From positions 7,900 to 71,899 of the forward strand of contig JAWKHS010000014.1 of NCBI GenBank assembly GCA_041394705.1: 64,000 nucleotides of DNA, read 5' to 3'. The stretch comes from Vicinamibacterales bacterium. Its GTDB lineage: Bacteria; Acidobacteriota; Vicinamibacteria; Vicinamibacterales; UBA2999. The first letter of the stretch is position 1; the number at the start of each line of letters is the position of its first letter. The notes under the pieces were generated by a model. The model was not told the DNA's origin. It worked only from the letters and a program-made list of their open reading frames with translations, and searched no databases. Below are positions 27,281 through 35,799 of this stretch, one piece after another. The translations under genes and the position numbers were made by a program.

Positions 27281-28699
27281 TCAGTCCCTGCCGAACGTGA
27301 GGAAGGCACGCTCGCCCTGACGCTCGATCTGCAGGACGAACGGTCGCCCCGGCGGCAGCGACGCCAGCGCCTGGCGCAGGTCCATGAGATCCGCCACGGG
27401 AGTACGGTTCACCGCGCAGATCACGTCCCCCGGGAGCAGCGGGCCGTCCACCGCGTCCAGGTCGGCGCCCGCCGACGACACGACGACGACGCCGCGTCCA
27501 ATCCTGACGGCCGGCAGCAGGCGCGCGACCGCGGGGTCGAGCGCCACGGCGAGGATCCCCAGCATGTCCACACGGTTCCGGCGCGGGTCGGCCGACGCCG
27601 ACACCGGCGCCAGCGGGTCGGGCCGTTCCGCGACGGCGACGGGCACGGACACGGGCTGGCCGTCGCGCAGCAGCGCGAGCGTGACGACGTCGCCCACGAA
27701 GCGCCGGTAGAGCCCAACCTGGAGCTGGCGGCTGTTCTCCATCGGCTTGCCATCGAGCGCGAGCACCAGATCGCCGGGGCGGAGGCCCGCCACGTCCGCA
27801 GACGTTCGGGGCAGCACGTCGGCGAGCACGACGCCGGCGTCTCCCGCCAACCCGAGCCCCTCGGCCAGGGCCGGCGTGATCGTCTGGGCGCGAACGCCGA
27901 TGTCGCCCCGACGGACGCGGCCGTGCGCGCGAAGGTGTTCGTACACCGTGCGGACGATGTTGCTGGGCGCCGCGAAGCCGAGGCCCTCGTAGCCGCCGGT
28001 GCGCGACAACATGAGCGTGTTGAGGCCGACGAGCCGGCCCTCCAGGTCCACGAGCGGGCCGCCGCTGCTCCCGGCGTTGATGGGCGCGTCCGTCTGTATG
28101 TAGATCATGGGCGCGTCGGGCTCGAGCTGGCGGGCCACGGCGCTCACGACGCCGAGCGATACCGAGTTCTGGAGCCCAAGCGGGCTGCCGAACGCCAGCA
28201 CGAGCTGCCCGGCCCGAAGTTCGTCGGAGTCGCCCATGCGGACGACGGGCAGGCCCGAGGCCGCCACCTTGATGACGGCCAGGTCGGTCTCCAGATCGAT
28301 GCCGACCACCTCGGCCGGCAGGCTTCGCGTGCGCGCGGCCAGAATCGAACGGCCCCGCGCCGGCACCGGGAGGTCCACCCGCAGGCGCTGAGCGCCCCGC
28401 ACGACGTGCGCGTTGGTGACGATGTAGCCGTCGGCATCGACCACGACACCGGAGCCGGCGCCCCGCGCTGTCGTGACCAGGTCCGAGCCATGGCCCGCAC
28501 GGCCGTCGGCGGGCACGAACGCGGTCGTGTGGATCTCGACGACCGCCGGCCCGACGGCCCGTGTCGTGGCCTCGAGCACGGCGCTCAGGTCGTCGCCTGC
28601 GGCGGCCCTTCGCCCGGCCGGCTGGGCAGACGCGGTCGCCGCGGCCAGCAGCGCGGCGATGGCCAGCGCGCCAGCCCTCGCCCGCTCAGCGGACCTCAT
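27281..28699 (-). CDS. HtrA/DegP-family periplasmic serine protease with PDZ domain(s)
   Basis: ATG at 28699 is preceded by GGGAGGG. Signal peptide ...ATASAQP. Triad context is TNAHVV, DLAVIKV and GSSGGPLV. PDZ-like segments are GLRPGDLVLALDG and LLPGDVICAVN. Confidence 0.85.
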   Translation of the reverse strand: MRSAERARAGALAIAALLAAATASAQPAGRRAAAGDDLSAVLEATTRAVGPAVVEIHTTAFVPADGRAGHGSDLVTTARGAGSGVVVDADGYIVTNAHVVRGAQRLRVDLPVPARGRSILAARTRSLPAEVVGIDLETDLAVIKVAASGLPVVRMGDSDELRAGQLVLAFGSPLGLQNSVSLGVVSAVARQLEPDAPMIYIQTDAPINAGSSGGPLVDLEGRLVGLNTLMLSRTGGYEGLGFAAPSNIVRTVYEHLRAHGRVRRGDIGVRAQTITPALAEGLGLAGDAGVVLADVLPRTSADVAGLRPGDLVLALDGKPMENSRQLQVGLYRRFVGDVVTLALLRDGQPVSVPVAVAERPDPLAPVSASADPRRNRVDMLGILAVALDPAVARLLPAVRIGRGVVVVSSAGADLDAVDGPLLPGDVICAVNRTPVADLMDLRQALASLPPGRPFVLQIERQGERAFLTFGRD

Positions 28700-28897
28700 C
28701 GCGCCCTCCCATGGGACGTTCGAGTCCCACGACCTCGCCGGTACCACCGCGGGCCCGGACGGGCCGGGCCCACTGGCGGTTCAACGGCCTGCTCCGGCAC
28801 CGCAAGGGCCCACGCCGTCTCGTTCCGAAAAATCCGCATCGCCGTCCTCCTCTGCTGTCCCGCAGTCGGTACGGGCCCCGGGCGGGCCTGGGGCCGG

Positions 28898-30484
28898 TCA
28901 CATCGCGACCGTCGTCAGGTCGTGCCGGAGCGGCCAGCCAGCCGGCGGCGCCGCCGCGCTCTCGCGCGCCTGCCACCAGTGCCTGGCGGCGCGCGCATCC
29001 CACGTGTCGCGCGTCAGCACCCGCTCGGCCATCTCCGCCAGCACATCGGCGCTCTGTGGACGATCACGCGGATCCTTCTGCAGACACGCCATCACCAGGT
29101 CGTCCATCGCGCGCGGCACCGGGCAGGGCGCGCGCAGGGACGGCGGCACCGGACGCTCCTGCAGGTGGCCGGCGAGCTGGCGGGCCGCGCCGTGATCGCC
29201 GAAGACCGGCTGGCCCGTGAGCAGGTAATAGGCCACGCAGCCCAGCGCGTAGACATCGGCGCGGCGATCCACATCGTGGCCGGCGATGGCTTCGGGGGCC
29301 ATGTAGGCGGGCGTCCCGACGACGGCGCCCGCGTGGGTCATCATCGTGCCCGCCCGCGCGCGATCCTCGTGTCGGACCAGGCCGAAGTCGAGCACCTTCA
29401 CGAAGTCGTACTCCAGGCCCAGCCGGCAGACGTACACGTTGGCCGGCTTCACGTCACGGTGGATGAGCCCAGCGGCGTGGGCCTCCCCCAGCGAGCCGCA
29501 CATCTGGCGCAGCAGGTGGAGTACTCGGGCGGGCGGCAGGGGCCCGAACTCCGCGACGAGCGATTCCAGATCGCGGCCGTCGAGCAGTTCCATCACGTAG
29601 TAGAACGTGCCGTCGTCGGTGAGCCCGAAGTCGTAGAGCCGGATCGTGTGGGGCGAGGAGAGGGACGCGGTCGCTTGCGCCTCGCGCTCGAAGCGGGCCG
29701 CCGCGCTCCGGCCGCTGCCGAACGCCGCCGCGAACTCCGGCCGGATCAGCTTGATGGCGGCATCGCGGGCGAGCAGCCGGTGGCGGGCCCGCCACACCTC
29801 GCCCATCCCACCCTGCCCCAGCCGCTCCACCAGGTGGTAGCTGCCGAGCGCGCGGGCCTGGCGGATGCGGCCCGCCAGCTGATAGACGACGCGCACGGGC
29901 ACGACGGCCAGGATGGCGCAGACGAAGTTCTCGTAGAACATCAGGACGGCGCGCAGCGGCGGCGGCGTGGGCAGCCCGCGCAGATGCGCGACCCACACGG
30001 CCAGCGGATCCATCGCGGCGGCGACGAGGCCGCAGGCCAGCACCTTCCAGGGCCGGGCTGGAGCGAGCATGCCGACGAAGAGGATGAGCACCGTGACCTG
30101 CGACAGCGGCCGGACGTCCGTGGGCTGGGCGACCCAGCTGTTGAGGAGGGCAATTGCGAGGGCGTGCGGCACCATGGCGACGGTGCCGACATCCACCTTG
30201 GACCCGTGGCTCACCGGCGCATGGCGCACGACGAGCGCGGTGGCCGCGGCCAGGGCCGCCGCCACGCCGCCGATGATCGATCGATAGGGGCCACGGTCGC
30301 CGTGGGGGGCGAACCACGCATCCATGACCAGCGTGAGCACCCACAGGGCCACGCCGAATACGTAGAGGAGCTCAAGGCGGATCAGCTGCTCCGCGCGAAG
30401 GTCGGCCGGCAACGTCGCGGAGTCGCCGCGCGCGCCTGCGGAGGCGCTCGAGGACGGGCGGGCGATGACGACCTGACGTTCCAC
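28898..30484 (-). CDS. Ser/Thr protein kinase with N-terminal polytopic (about 7 TM) membrane domain
   Basis: GTG at 30484 is preceded by GGAGGG. TM helices come first. Kinase motifs follow: GQGGMGEVW, AIKLIR, HRDVKPAN, DFG and GTPAYMAPE. Confidence 0.85.
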   Translation of the reverse strand: MERQVVIARPSSSASAGARGDSATLPADLRAEQLIRLELLYVFGVALWVLTLVMDAWFAPHGDRGPYRSIIGGVAAALAAATALVVRHAPVSHGSKVDVGTVAMVPHALAIALLNSWVAQPTDVRPLSQVTVLILFVGMLAPARPWKVLACGLVAAAMDPLAVWVAHLRGLPTPPPLRAVLMFYENFVCAILAVVPVRVVYQLAGRIRQARALGSYHLVERLGQGGMGEVWRARHRLLARDAAIKLIRPEFAAAFGSGRSAAARFEREAQATASLSSPHTIRLYDFGLTDDGTFYYVMELLDGRDLESLVAEFGPLPPARVLHLLRQMCGSLGEAHAAGLIHRDVKPANVYVCRLGLEYDFVKVLDFGLVRHEDRARAGTMMTHAGAVVGTPAYMAPEAIAGHDVDRRADVYALGCVAYYLLTGQPVFGDHGAARQLAGHLQERPVPPSLRAPCPVPRAMDDLVMACLQKDPRDRPQSADVLAEMAERVLTRDTWDARAARHWWQARESAAAPPAGWPLRHDLTTVAM

Positions 30485-30748
30485 CTGTGACCCTCCGGGC
30501 CCGCTCGCGGGGTGGCGGCGGGCGACGCGGCTGTCGCTGTGCGAGACCCGTGCCGTACGCGAGTGCGTCAGATGGCCATCGCGGGGTCGGCGGCGGCACC
30601 CGTGGTCCGGTCTGCTCGACTGCGCCCCGCCGGACAGGCTGTGCGTATCGGAGCAGCCTGGCCGCAGGTAGACGCGGCCCGGGCGCCTTCCGGGAACACG
30701 TCGCGGTGCAATCCGCCCCAATTCGGCGTTCCCGTTCGTGAATGGTGG

Positions 30749-30764
30749 TGGTCCCGAACTTGCC
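30749..30764 (+). promoter_or_regulatory. Sigma-54-type promoter candidate P1 (TGGTCC-CGAAC-TTGCC)
   Basis: GG at 30750-51 and GC at 30762-63, spacing 12. It lies 32 nt upstream of GTG 30797. It shares the 12-mer CCCGAACTTGCC with P2. Confidence 0.6.
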
Positions 30765-30796
30765 TCGCAGGTGGGCGGATACAGAGGGACGAATCC

Positions 30797-31039
30797 GTGG
30801 CACACCGAATCATCGAGATGCTGATCGGCCGGCTCATCACCGACGAGGCCTTCCGCGAGGCGTTCCTCGCCCACCCCGAGGCGGCGCTGCTCGACCTCGT
30901 CGAGAAGGGCTTCGACCTGAGCCGGTCTGAAATCGCGGCCGTGCTCGACACCGACCCGGCGCTCTGGGTCCAGGCCGCCGAGCGTGTCGACCCGCGCCTG
31001 CAGAAGGTGCGGCTGACGGGCGGCCTCCCCACGCCCTGA
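30797..31039 (+). CDS. Small helical protein resembling the NHLP clan (nitrile-hydratase-leader-like, Os1348-like); paralogue of 35532..35768
   Basis: GTG at 30797 with AGAGGGA 7 nt upstream; an alternative ATG lies at 30818. The sequence is IEMLIGRLITDEAFREAFLAHPEAALLDLVEKGFDLSRSEIAAVLDTDPALW. The family assignment is from memory of the pattern, not from a search. Confidence 0.55.
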   Translation: MAHRIIEMLIGRLITDEAFREAFLAHPEAALLDLVEKGFDLSRSEIAAVLDTDPALWVQAAERVDPRLQKVRLTGGLPTP

Positions 31040-31285
31040 CCACGCGGCACCGTCCCCGGAAGCTCAGGGCCAACGGCACCGGGCCCGTCGAGGCAGTCGC
31101 GCACCTCGCCGCGGTGTGGCGCGTCCTGCGCCATGCCTGGGACGGCGTGCGCGGACCACCGGTCTTCCTGCCCGGGCGCTCGCCGTTCGCAATCCTCTCC
31201 TCCCCGCCTCTCACCGCCGCTCGCGGCCTCTCCCTGCGCGCCTCGGCGCCCTGCTCCTCCGAGCCCGCCCGTGACCACTCCGACG

Positions 31286-31311
31286 CCGCACGGTGACCGC
31301 TGACCGTGCGG
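31286..31311. promoter_or_regulatory. Inverted repeat CCGCACGGT-N8-ACCGTGCGG (candidate enhancer/UAS or RNA hairpin)
   Basis: Perfect 9-bp arms at 31286..31294 and 31303..31311, about 150 nt upstream of the -24 element of P2. GTGACC-like direct repeats are nearby. Confidence 0.35.
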
Positions 31312-31445
31312 TCGTCCGATCGCAGCCTGCCCCGATCCGCGCACTCTGCCGCGCGCGACGCACCTCGCGACGAGTGGACCAGCGTGGACGAAGCGCGCGG
31401 CGCGAAAACCCGGGGATTTCGACGAGGAGGCGGCGCCGCGTGACA

Positions 31446-31461
31446 TGGCCCCGAACTTGCC
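31446..31461 (+). promoter_or_regulatory. Sigma-54-type promoter candidate P2 (TGGCCC-CGAAC-TTGCC)
   Basis: GG at 31447-48 and GC at 31459-60, spacing 12. It lies 91 nt upstream of ATG 31553, inside a 513-nt non-coding spacer. Confidence 0.6.
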
Positions 31462-31552
31462 CATGGGTGACGGCGGCGGTCACTGCCGCGCACTGCGGCG
31501 CGGTCGAGGGCCGCCGCGACACCACCATCCATCGTTCACAGAGGAGTACGTC

Positions 31553-32080
31553 ATGAGACTCGCTACCATCGCCGCCCTCGTGGGCCTGCTGTTCGGCACC
31601 GCCGCCTCCGCCCAGTCGATCAGCTTCGACTTCGACCGCTCGATCAGCTTCGGCGCCTTCAAGACGTACGCGTGGGTGTCCGGCACCAACGTCCCCGATG
31701 CGCTCGTGCATCAGCGGATCGTGAACGCCGTGGACGTGCAGTTGGCGCGCAAGGGCTTGACGCGCGTGGATGCCGAAGCGCGCCCAGACGTGCTCGTCGC
31801 CTATCACGCCTCGCTCGACAAGGACCTCCAGATCTCGGGCTTCGGCTCCGGCTGGGGCGGGTATCGCTTCGGCGGCTACCGCACCGTGTCGGCGCGCGCC
31901 GAGGAGATCCTGGTCGGCACGATGATCGTGGACATCGTCGATGCCGGCACCAGCACGATCGTCTGGCGCGGCACGGCGACGAAGGACATCGACGTCGACG
32001 CCAAGCCGGACAAGCGCGACAAGAACATCACCAAGACCGCGGAGAAGCTCTTCAAGCACTACCCCCCGCAGTCGCGGTGA
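31553..32080 (+). CDS. DUF4136-like secreted/lipoprotein-type protein
   Basis: GAGGAG RBS. Signal peptide MRLATIAALVGLLFGTAASAQ. The pattern FKTYAWV...VLVAYHASLDKD...TMIVDIVDAGTSTIVWRGTATKDI is typical of DUF4136. Confidence 0.7.
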   Translation: MRLATIAALVGLLFGTAASAQSISFDFDRSISFGAFKTYAWVSGTNVPDALVHQRIVNAVDVQLARKGLTRVDAEARPDVLVAYHASLDKDLQISGFGSGWGGYRFGGYRTVSARAEEILVGTMIVDIVDAGTSTIVWRGTATKDIDVDAKPDKRDKNITKTAEKLFKHYPPQSR

Positions 32081-32184
32081 CCCTCGTGGCTCCAGCCCTG
32101 CCACGCGGTCCGGACGGCGTCTCCCGGACGCCGCCCGGGCCGCGCCCCCAGGCAGGCCTCTTTTCCTCAACTCAGGAGGTCGTG

Positions 32185-32880
32185 ATGTCCCGCCCGTCTC
32201 TCGGTTCCACCTTGTCGCTGGCCGCCGCCCTCGGGCTCGCCGTCACCGCAGCGCTCGCGGCGCAGCCACGCGAGTTCGCCGATGCGCACCGTGCCAATCA
32301 GGCTGCCCTTCGGCACTATTCCTGGACGAGCCGGACCGATCTTCGCGTCGGCGGCGAATCGACAAAGGTGCGCCTCGAGTACGTCCGGTTCGACTACGAC
32401 GGACGGCTCCAGAAGACGACCATCGGCGGCGGCACGGCAGCCGACGCCGCGCGACCGGGTCCGCCCGGACCCGCCGGCGCCGTCAGAACACGCGTGGCCG
32501 CCCGGAAGAAGGCGGCGTTCCGAGACAGGCTGGCCGATCTGGCGACGCTCGCCGAGTCCTATGCGCATCTGCCCCCCGATCGCCTGGAAGCCTTCGCGGC
32601 GCGGTCCGTGCTCACGCCCGAGGACGCCACCACGATCCGAATCCAGGGGCGCGGGCTGCTCGAGGCCGGCGACCAGATGACGGCGTGGATCGATCGCGAG
32701 CGCCTGGCCATGCGACGCGTCGAGATCACGACCATCTACGACGGCAACCGCGTGCGCATTCGCGCCGACTACCGGACCACCGACACGGGCCTCACGTATC
32801 AGGCACGCGCGACGCTCGACTACCCCGCCGACGGCATCGAGGTGGTGGTCGACACGTTCGACTACCTGCCGGCCCGCTGA
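32185..32880 (+). CDS. Hypothetical secreted protein
   Basis: AGGAGG RBS. Signal peptide MSRPSLGSTLSLAAALGLAVTAALAAQP. 231 aa with no motif I recognise. Confidence 0.6.
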   Translation: MSRPSLGSTLSLAAALGLAVTAALAAQPREFADAHRANQAALRHYSWTSRTDLRVGGESTKVRLEYVRFDYDGRLQKTTIGGGTAADAARPGPPGPAGAVRTRVAARKKAAFRDRLADLATLAESYAHLPPDRLEAFAARSVLTPEDATTIRIQGRGLLEAGDQMTAWIDRERLAMRRVEITTIYDGNRVRIRADYRTTDTGLTYQARATLDYPADGIEVVVDTFDYLPAR

Positions 32881-32938
32881 GCGCCGCCAGTCCGACCTGG
32901 ACGCTCCGGCGTCCCGCGTCTTCCCCGAGGTATCGATC

Positions 32939-35226
32939 ATGAGACCCGTTCCCCCCCTTGCTGCCCGTCTGCTCGCCGCCGTCCTCGTCCTGTGCGGCAG
33001 CGCCGGACTTCTGCCGGCCTCGGCGGCCCCGGCCCTCGCACCGGCACCCGCCGCCGATCCGGGATGGCCGCGCACCTACGACACGCCGACCGGCGGCCGG
33101 CTCACGCTCTACCAGCCGCAGATCGCCGCGTGGGACGACCAGCGGCGTCTCGTGGCCTACGCGGTTGTCGCGCACCGTCTGAAAGGCGGCGGCTCGCCGG
33201 TGCTCGGGACGATCAGGATCGACGCTGACACCGACGTGGCGCTCGCCGAGCGCCTGGTCCGGCTCACCACCCTGCAAATCACGGGCGCCAGCTTCGGGGC
33301 GGCCGGCCGCGATCGAACCGCCCTCGTCGTGCGCGAGCTCGAGGCGTCCGTGCCGGCGCCCGAACGGGTCATCGCGCTGGACCGCGTGCTCGCTGGCCTC
33401 GACGCGAGCCGCCTCCGGCCGCGCGCGGTGGCCGGTGTGAATGCCGAACCTCCGCGAATCCACGTTCGCACCGGTCCGGCCCTGCTCGTGGCATTCGACG
33501 GCCCGCCGATTTGGAGTCCCATCGACGGATCGACGCTCCGCTATGCCGTCAACACGAACTGGGACGTGTTCGAACTGCGGGCGGCCGGCCGAATCTACCT
33601 GCGCGACGGCGCACGCTGGCTGGAGGCGCGGGCCCTCGACGGCCCGTGGCGCATGGCCGCGGAGCTGCCCTCCGCCCTCGGCCGGCTACCCGACGATCCC
33701 AATTGGGCCGACGTGAAGGCCAGCCTCCGAGCCGCAGCCGTCGCCGCGAGCGCCGCTCCCGAGGTGATCGTCACGACCGTGCCCGCCGAGCTCGTGGCGC
33801 TCATGGGCGAGGCCCGCTACGAGGTGACCCGGCCGGGCGGCCGTCTGCTGTGGGTGAGCAACACCGACAGCGACGTCTTCCGTCTGGGTCTGTCGGGCCC
33901 GGTCTACTACCTGGTGGCCGGCCGCTGGTTCTCGGCGCCCGGCTTCGCGGGGCCCTGGACGTTCGCGACGCCGACCCTGCCCGTCGAGTTCACCCGGATT
34001 CCTCGGGATCACCCGCGGGCGCGCGTCCTGGCTTCCGTGCCGGGCACACCCGAGGCCGCCGAAGCCGTGCTGCTGGCAGGCATTCCACAGACGGCGACGG
34101 TGACCAAGGCCGCCGTGTCCGCGCCGCCGGTCGCGTACCAGGGCGCGCCGGTGTTCGTGCCCATCGAGACGACCGCGGTGCAGCGCGCCGTGAACACGGC
34201 GTACGACGTGCTCCGCGTCGGCGACCGCTACTATCTCTGCTTCCAGGGCGTGTGGTTCGTGTCCGCCCTCCCGGCCGGTCCCTGGGGGGTGGCCGGCGCC
34301 GTGCCAGCCGCGATCTACGCGATTCCTGCCAGCTCACCGGCCCACCACGTCACCTATGTGACCGTCGTCAGCGATACGACCGATGCCGTCGTCGTGGCGG
34401 CCGGCGCCGGCTACTCGGGCGTCACGATCGCCTGGGGCTGCGCGGTGTGGGGCACGGGCTGGCATTACGCCCAGCCGTCTGGTACGGCGGCCCACTCCCC
34501 GTCTACTATCCCCACGCCGCGACCTACGGCGCCGCGGCCCGGTACGACCCCTGGAGCGGCACGTATCAGCGCGGGGCCGTGGCGTACGGCCCGTACGGCG
34601 GCGCGGGCGCTGCCGCGCGGTACAACCCCGCCACCGGCACCTACGCTCGGGGCGCCGCAGCCTGGGGGCCTTACGGCGCCACCGGCGCCGCGCAAACCTA
34701 CAACCCTCATGCGGGCGTCTACGCCGAGGCGCGCCAAGCGGCCGGCGTCTACGGGCAATGGGGCGCGAGCGCCGTGCGTCTTGGCGACGAGTGGGCGCGG
34801 GCGGGCCACGCCACCAACCGCGCCACCGGCGTCACGCGCGCCGGCGTCGTCACCGACGAGGGTGCCGCCATCGGCCGGAGCGGGCCGGCGGGGCGCGGGT
34901 TCGTCGCCTCCGGGGAGGACGGCGTCTACGCGGGACGCGACGGCCACGTGTACCGGAGAGCGGACGGCGGCGGGTGGCAGAAGTACGACGACGGCGCGTG
35001 GGCCGACACCCAGCATCCCGCCAGCGACGCCGCAAGCCGTGCGCGCGACTCGGCCGGCCGACAGCCGGCGGACGGCACGCTCGGCCAGCTCGAACGCGAT
35101 CGAGCCGCCCGGGCTGAAGGCAGCCGGCGCGTCGGCGAGGGCGCCAGGACTGGCGAAGCGCCGCGGGGCGGCAGCCGTCCGGCGCGGCCGGACCCTCGTG
35201 CCGGCGGCCGTCGGCCCCGGAAGTAG
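32939..35226 (+). pseudogene. Large secreted protein with a C-terminal Gly/Tyr/Ala-rich repeat region, interrupted by a -1 frameshift near 34469..34472
   Basis: Frame of ORF 32939 is convincing up to ...AVWGTGWHY. The convincing sequence then continues in the frame of ORF 33511 as PAVWYGGPLPVYYPHAATYG...DGHVYRRADGGGWQKYDDGAW, ending at TAG 35224..35226. The junction is at a CCC run. After the junction the original frame degenerates into Pro/Thr/Arg-rich text. Confidence 0.7.
34522..34770 (+). repeat. Protein-level tandem repeats (about 20-22 aa, pattern ARY-x-P-x-x-GTY-x-RGA-x-A-x-GPYG) inside the frameshifted gene
   Basis: TYGAAARYDPWSGTYQRGAVAYGPYGGAGAAARYNPATGTYARGAAAWGPYGATGAAQTYNPHAGVYAEARQAAGVYGQWGAS. 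Confidence 0.55.
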
Positions 35227-35258
35227 CGCGGCGCGTCAGCCCGCCGGATCGGGCCGGG

Positions 35259-35304
35259 CGGCGTCCCTCACCACCACGCGCGTCGTGGGATCTGAGGGAC
35301 GCCG
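35259..35304 (+). terminator. Long GC-rich hairpin directly after the stop of the frameshifted gene (terminator-like, no U-tract)
   Basis: 12-bp perfect arms: CGGCGTCCCTCA at 35259..35270 and TGAGGGACGCCG at 35293..35304. The inner segment can pair further (CCACCACG / CGTCGTGG). Confidence 0.45.
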
Positions 35305-35379
35305 TCCGGCCCGCCTCACTACGGGCGTGCGAGCGTGCGGCCTGCGGCAGCGCGGGCAACCTGTCCGCAACGGGGCAAC

Positions 35380-35397
35380 CCGCGTGAGCTCACGCGG
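35380..35397. promoter_or_regulatory. Perfect 18-bp palindrome CCGCGTGAGCTCACGCGG (candidate bEBP enhancer site)
   Basis: Centred about 107 nt upstream of the -24 GG of P3. It is flanked by a GGGCAAC direct repeat at 35354..35378. Confidence 0.4.
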
Positions 35398-35493
35398 CGG
35401 CCACCCCGCACCTCCGCGCGCATGAAAAATTCCGGAGCGCAGAATGTGGAGGAAATCCCAGAGATGTCGCCGGAGGCGCACGCGGCGCGCGAC

Positions 35494-35509
35494 TGGCCCG
35501 CCGCTTGCC
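35494..35509 (+). promoter_or_regulatory. Sigma-54-type promoter candidate P3 (TGGCCC-GCCGC-TTGCC)
   Basis: GG at 35495-96 and GC at 35507-08, spacing 12. It lies 22 nt upstream of ATG 35532. The GGAGG RBS at 35522..35526 would sit almost at the 5-prime end of the transcript. Confidence 0.5.
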
Positions 35510-35531
35510 CTGCCAGGGCACGGAGGCTGAC

Positions 35532-35768
35532 ATGACCGCGACCATCCGCACCCTGGACCAGACCCTGGACATCCTGATCGACGAACTGCAGGCCGACGAC
35601 GAACTGCGCGCGGCCTTCTTCCGGCACCCGGATCGCCTGCTGCGGCAGGCCGACGAGTGGGGCCTGCCCTTGACCGACACGGAGGTCAACGCGCTGCAGA
35701 CCCCGCGCGTGCCCGTCTGGGAGCGCGTGGCGGACGCCCTGAACGCGCGCGCGCGGCAGGCTGCCTGA
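35532..35768 (+). CDS. Small helical protein, paralogue of 30797..31039 (NHLP-clan-like)
   Basis: GGAGG lies 5 nt upstream of the ATG. LDILIDELQADDELRAAFFRHPDRLLRQADEWGLPLTDTEVNALQTPRVPVW aligns position by position with the 30797 product (L-I..L..D...R.AF..HP...L......G..L...E..A). Confidence 0.55.
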   Translation: MTATIRTLDQTLDILIDELQADDELRAAFFRHPDRLLRQADEWGLPLTDTEVNALQTPRVPVWERVADALNARARQAA

Positions 35769-35799
35769 GTGGACGGCTGCGGGCCGTCCGCAGCACCGC

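Noticed and set aside
31019-31039. Gly-Gly followed by a 4-residue tail (..RLTGG-LPTP) at the C-terminus of the small NHLP-like protein, reminiscent of a double-glycine leader cleavage site of a RiPP precursor
   Set aside because: The core would be only four residues. The paralogue at 35532 has no GG motif. No maturase or peptidase-domain ABC exporter is present in the window.
34466-34474. Programmed -1 ribosomal frameshifting at the junction in the large secreted protein gene
   Set aside because: The junction (TAC GCC CAG) contains no X-XXY-YYZ slippery heptamer, and I see no obvious downstream pseudoknot or hairpin at the right spacing. An indel at the CCC run, real or from assembly, is the simpler explanation.
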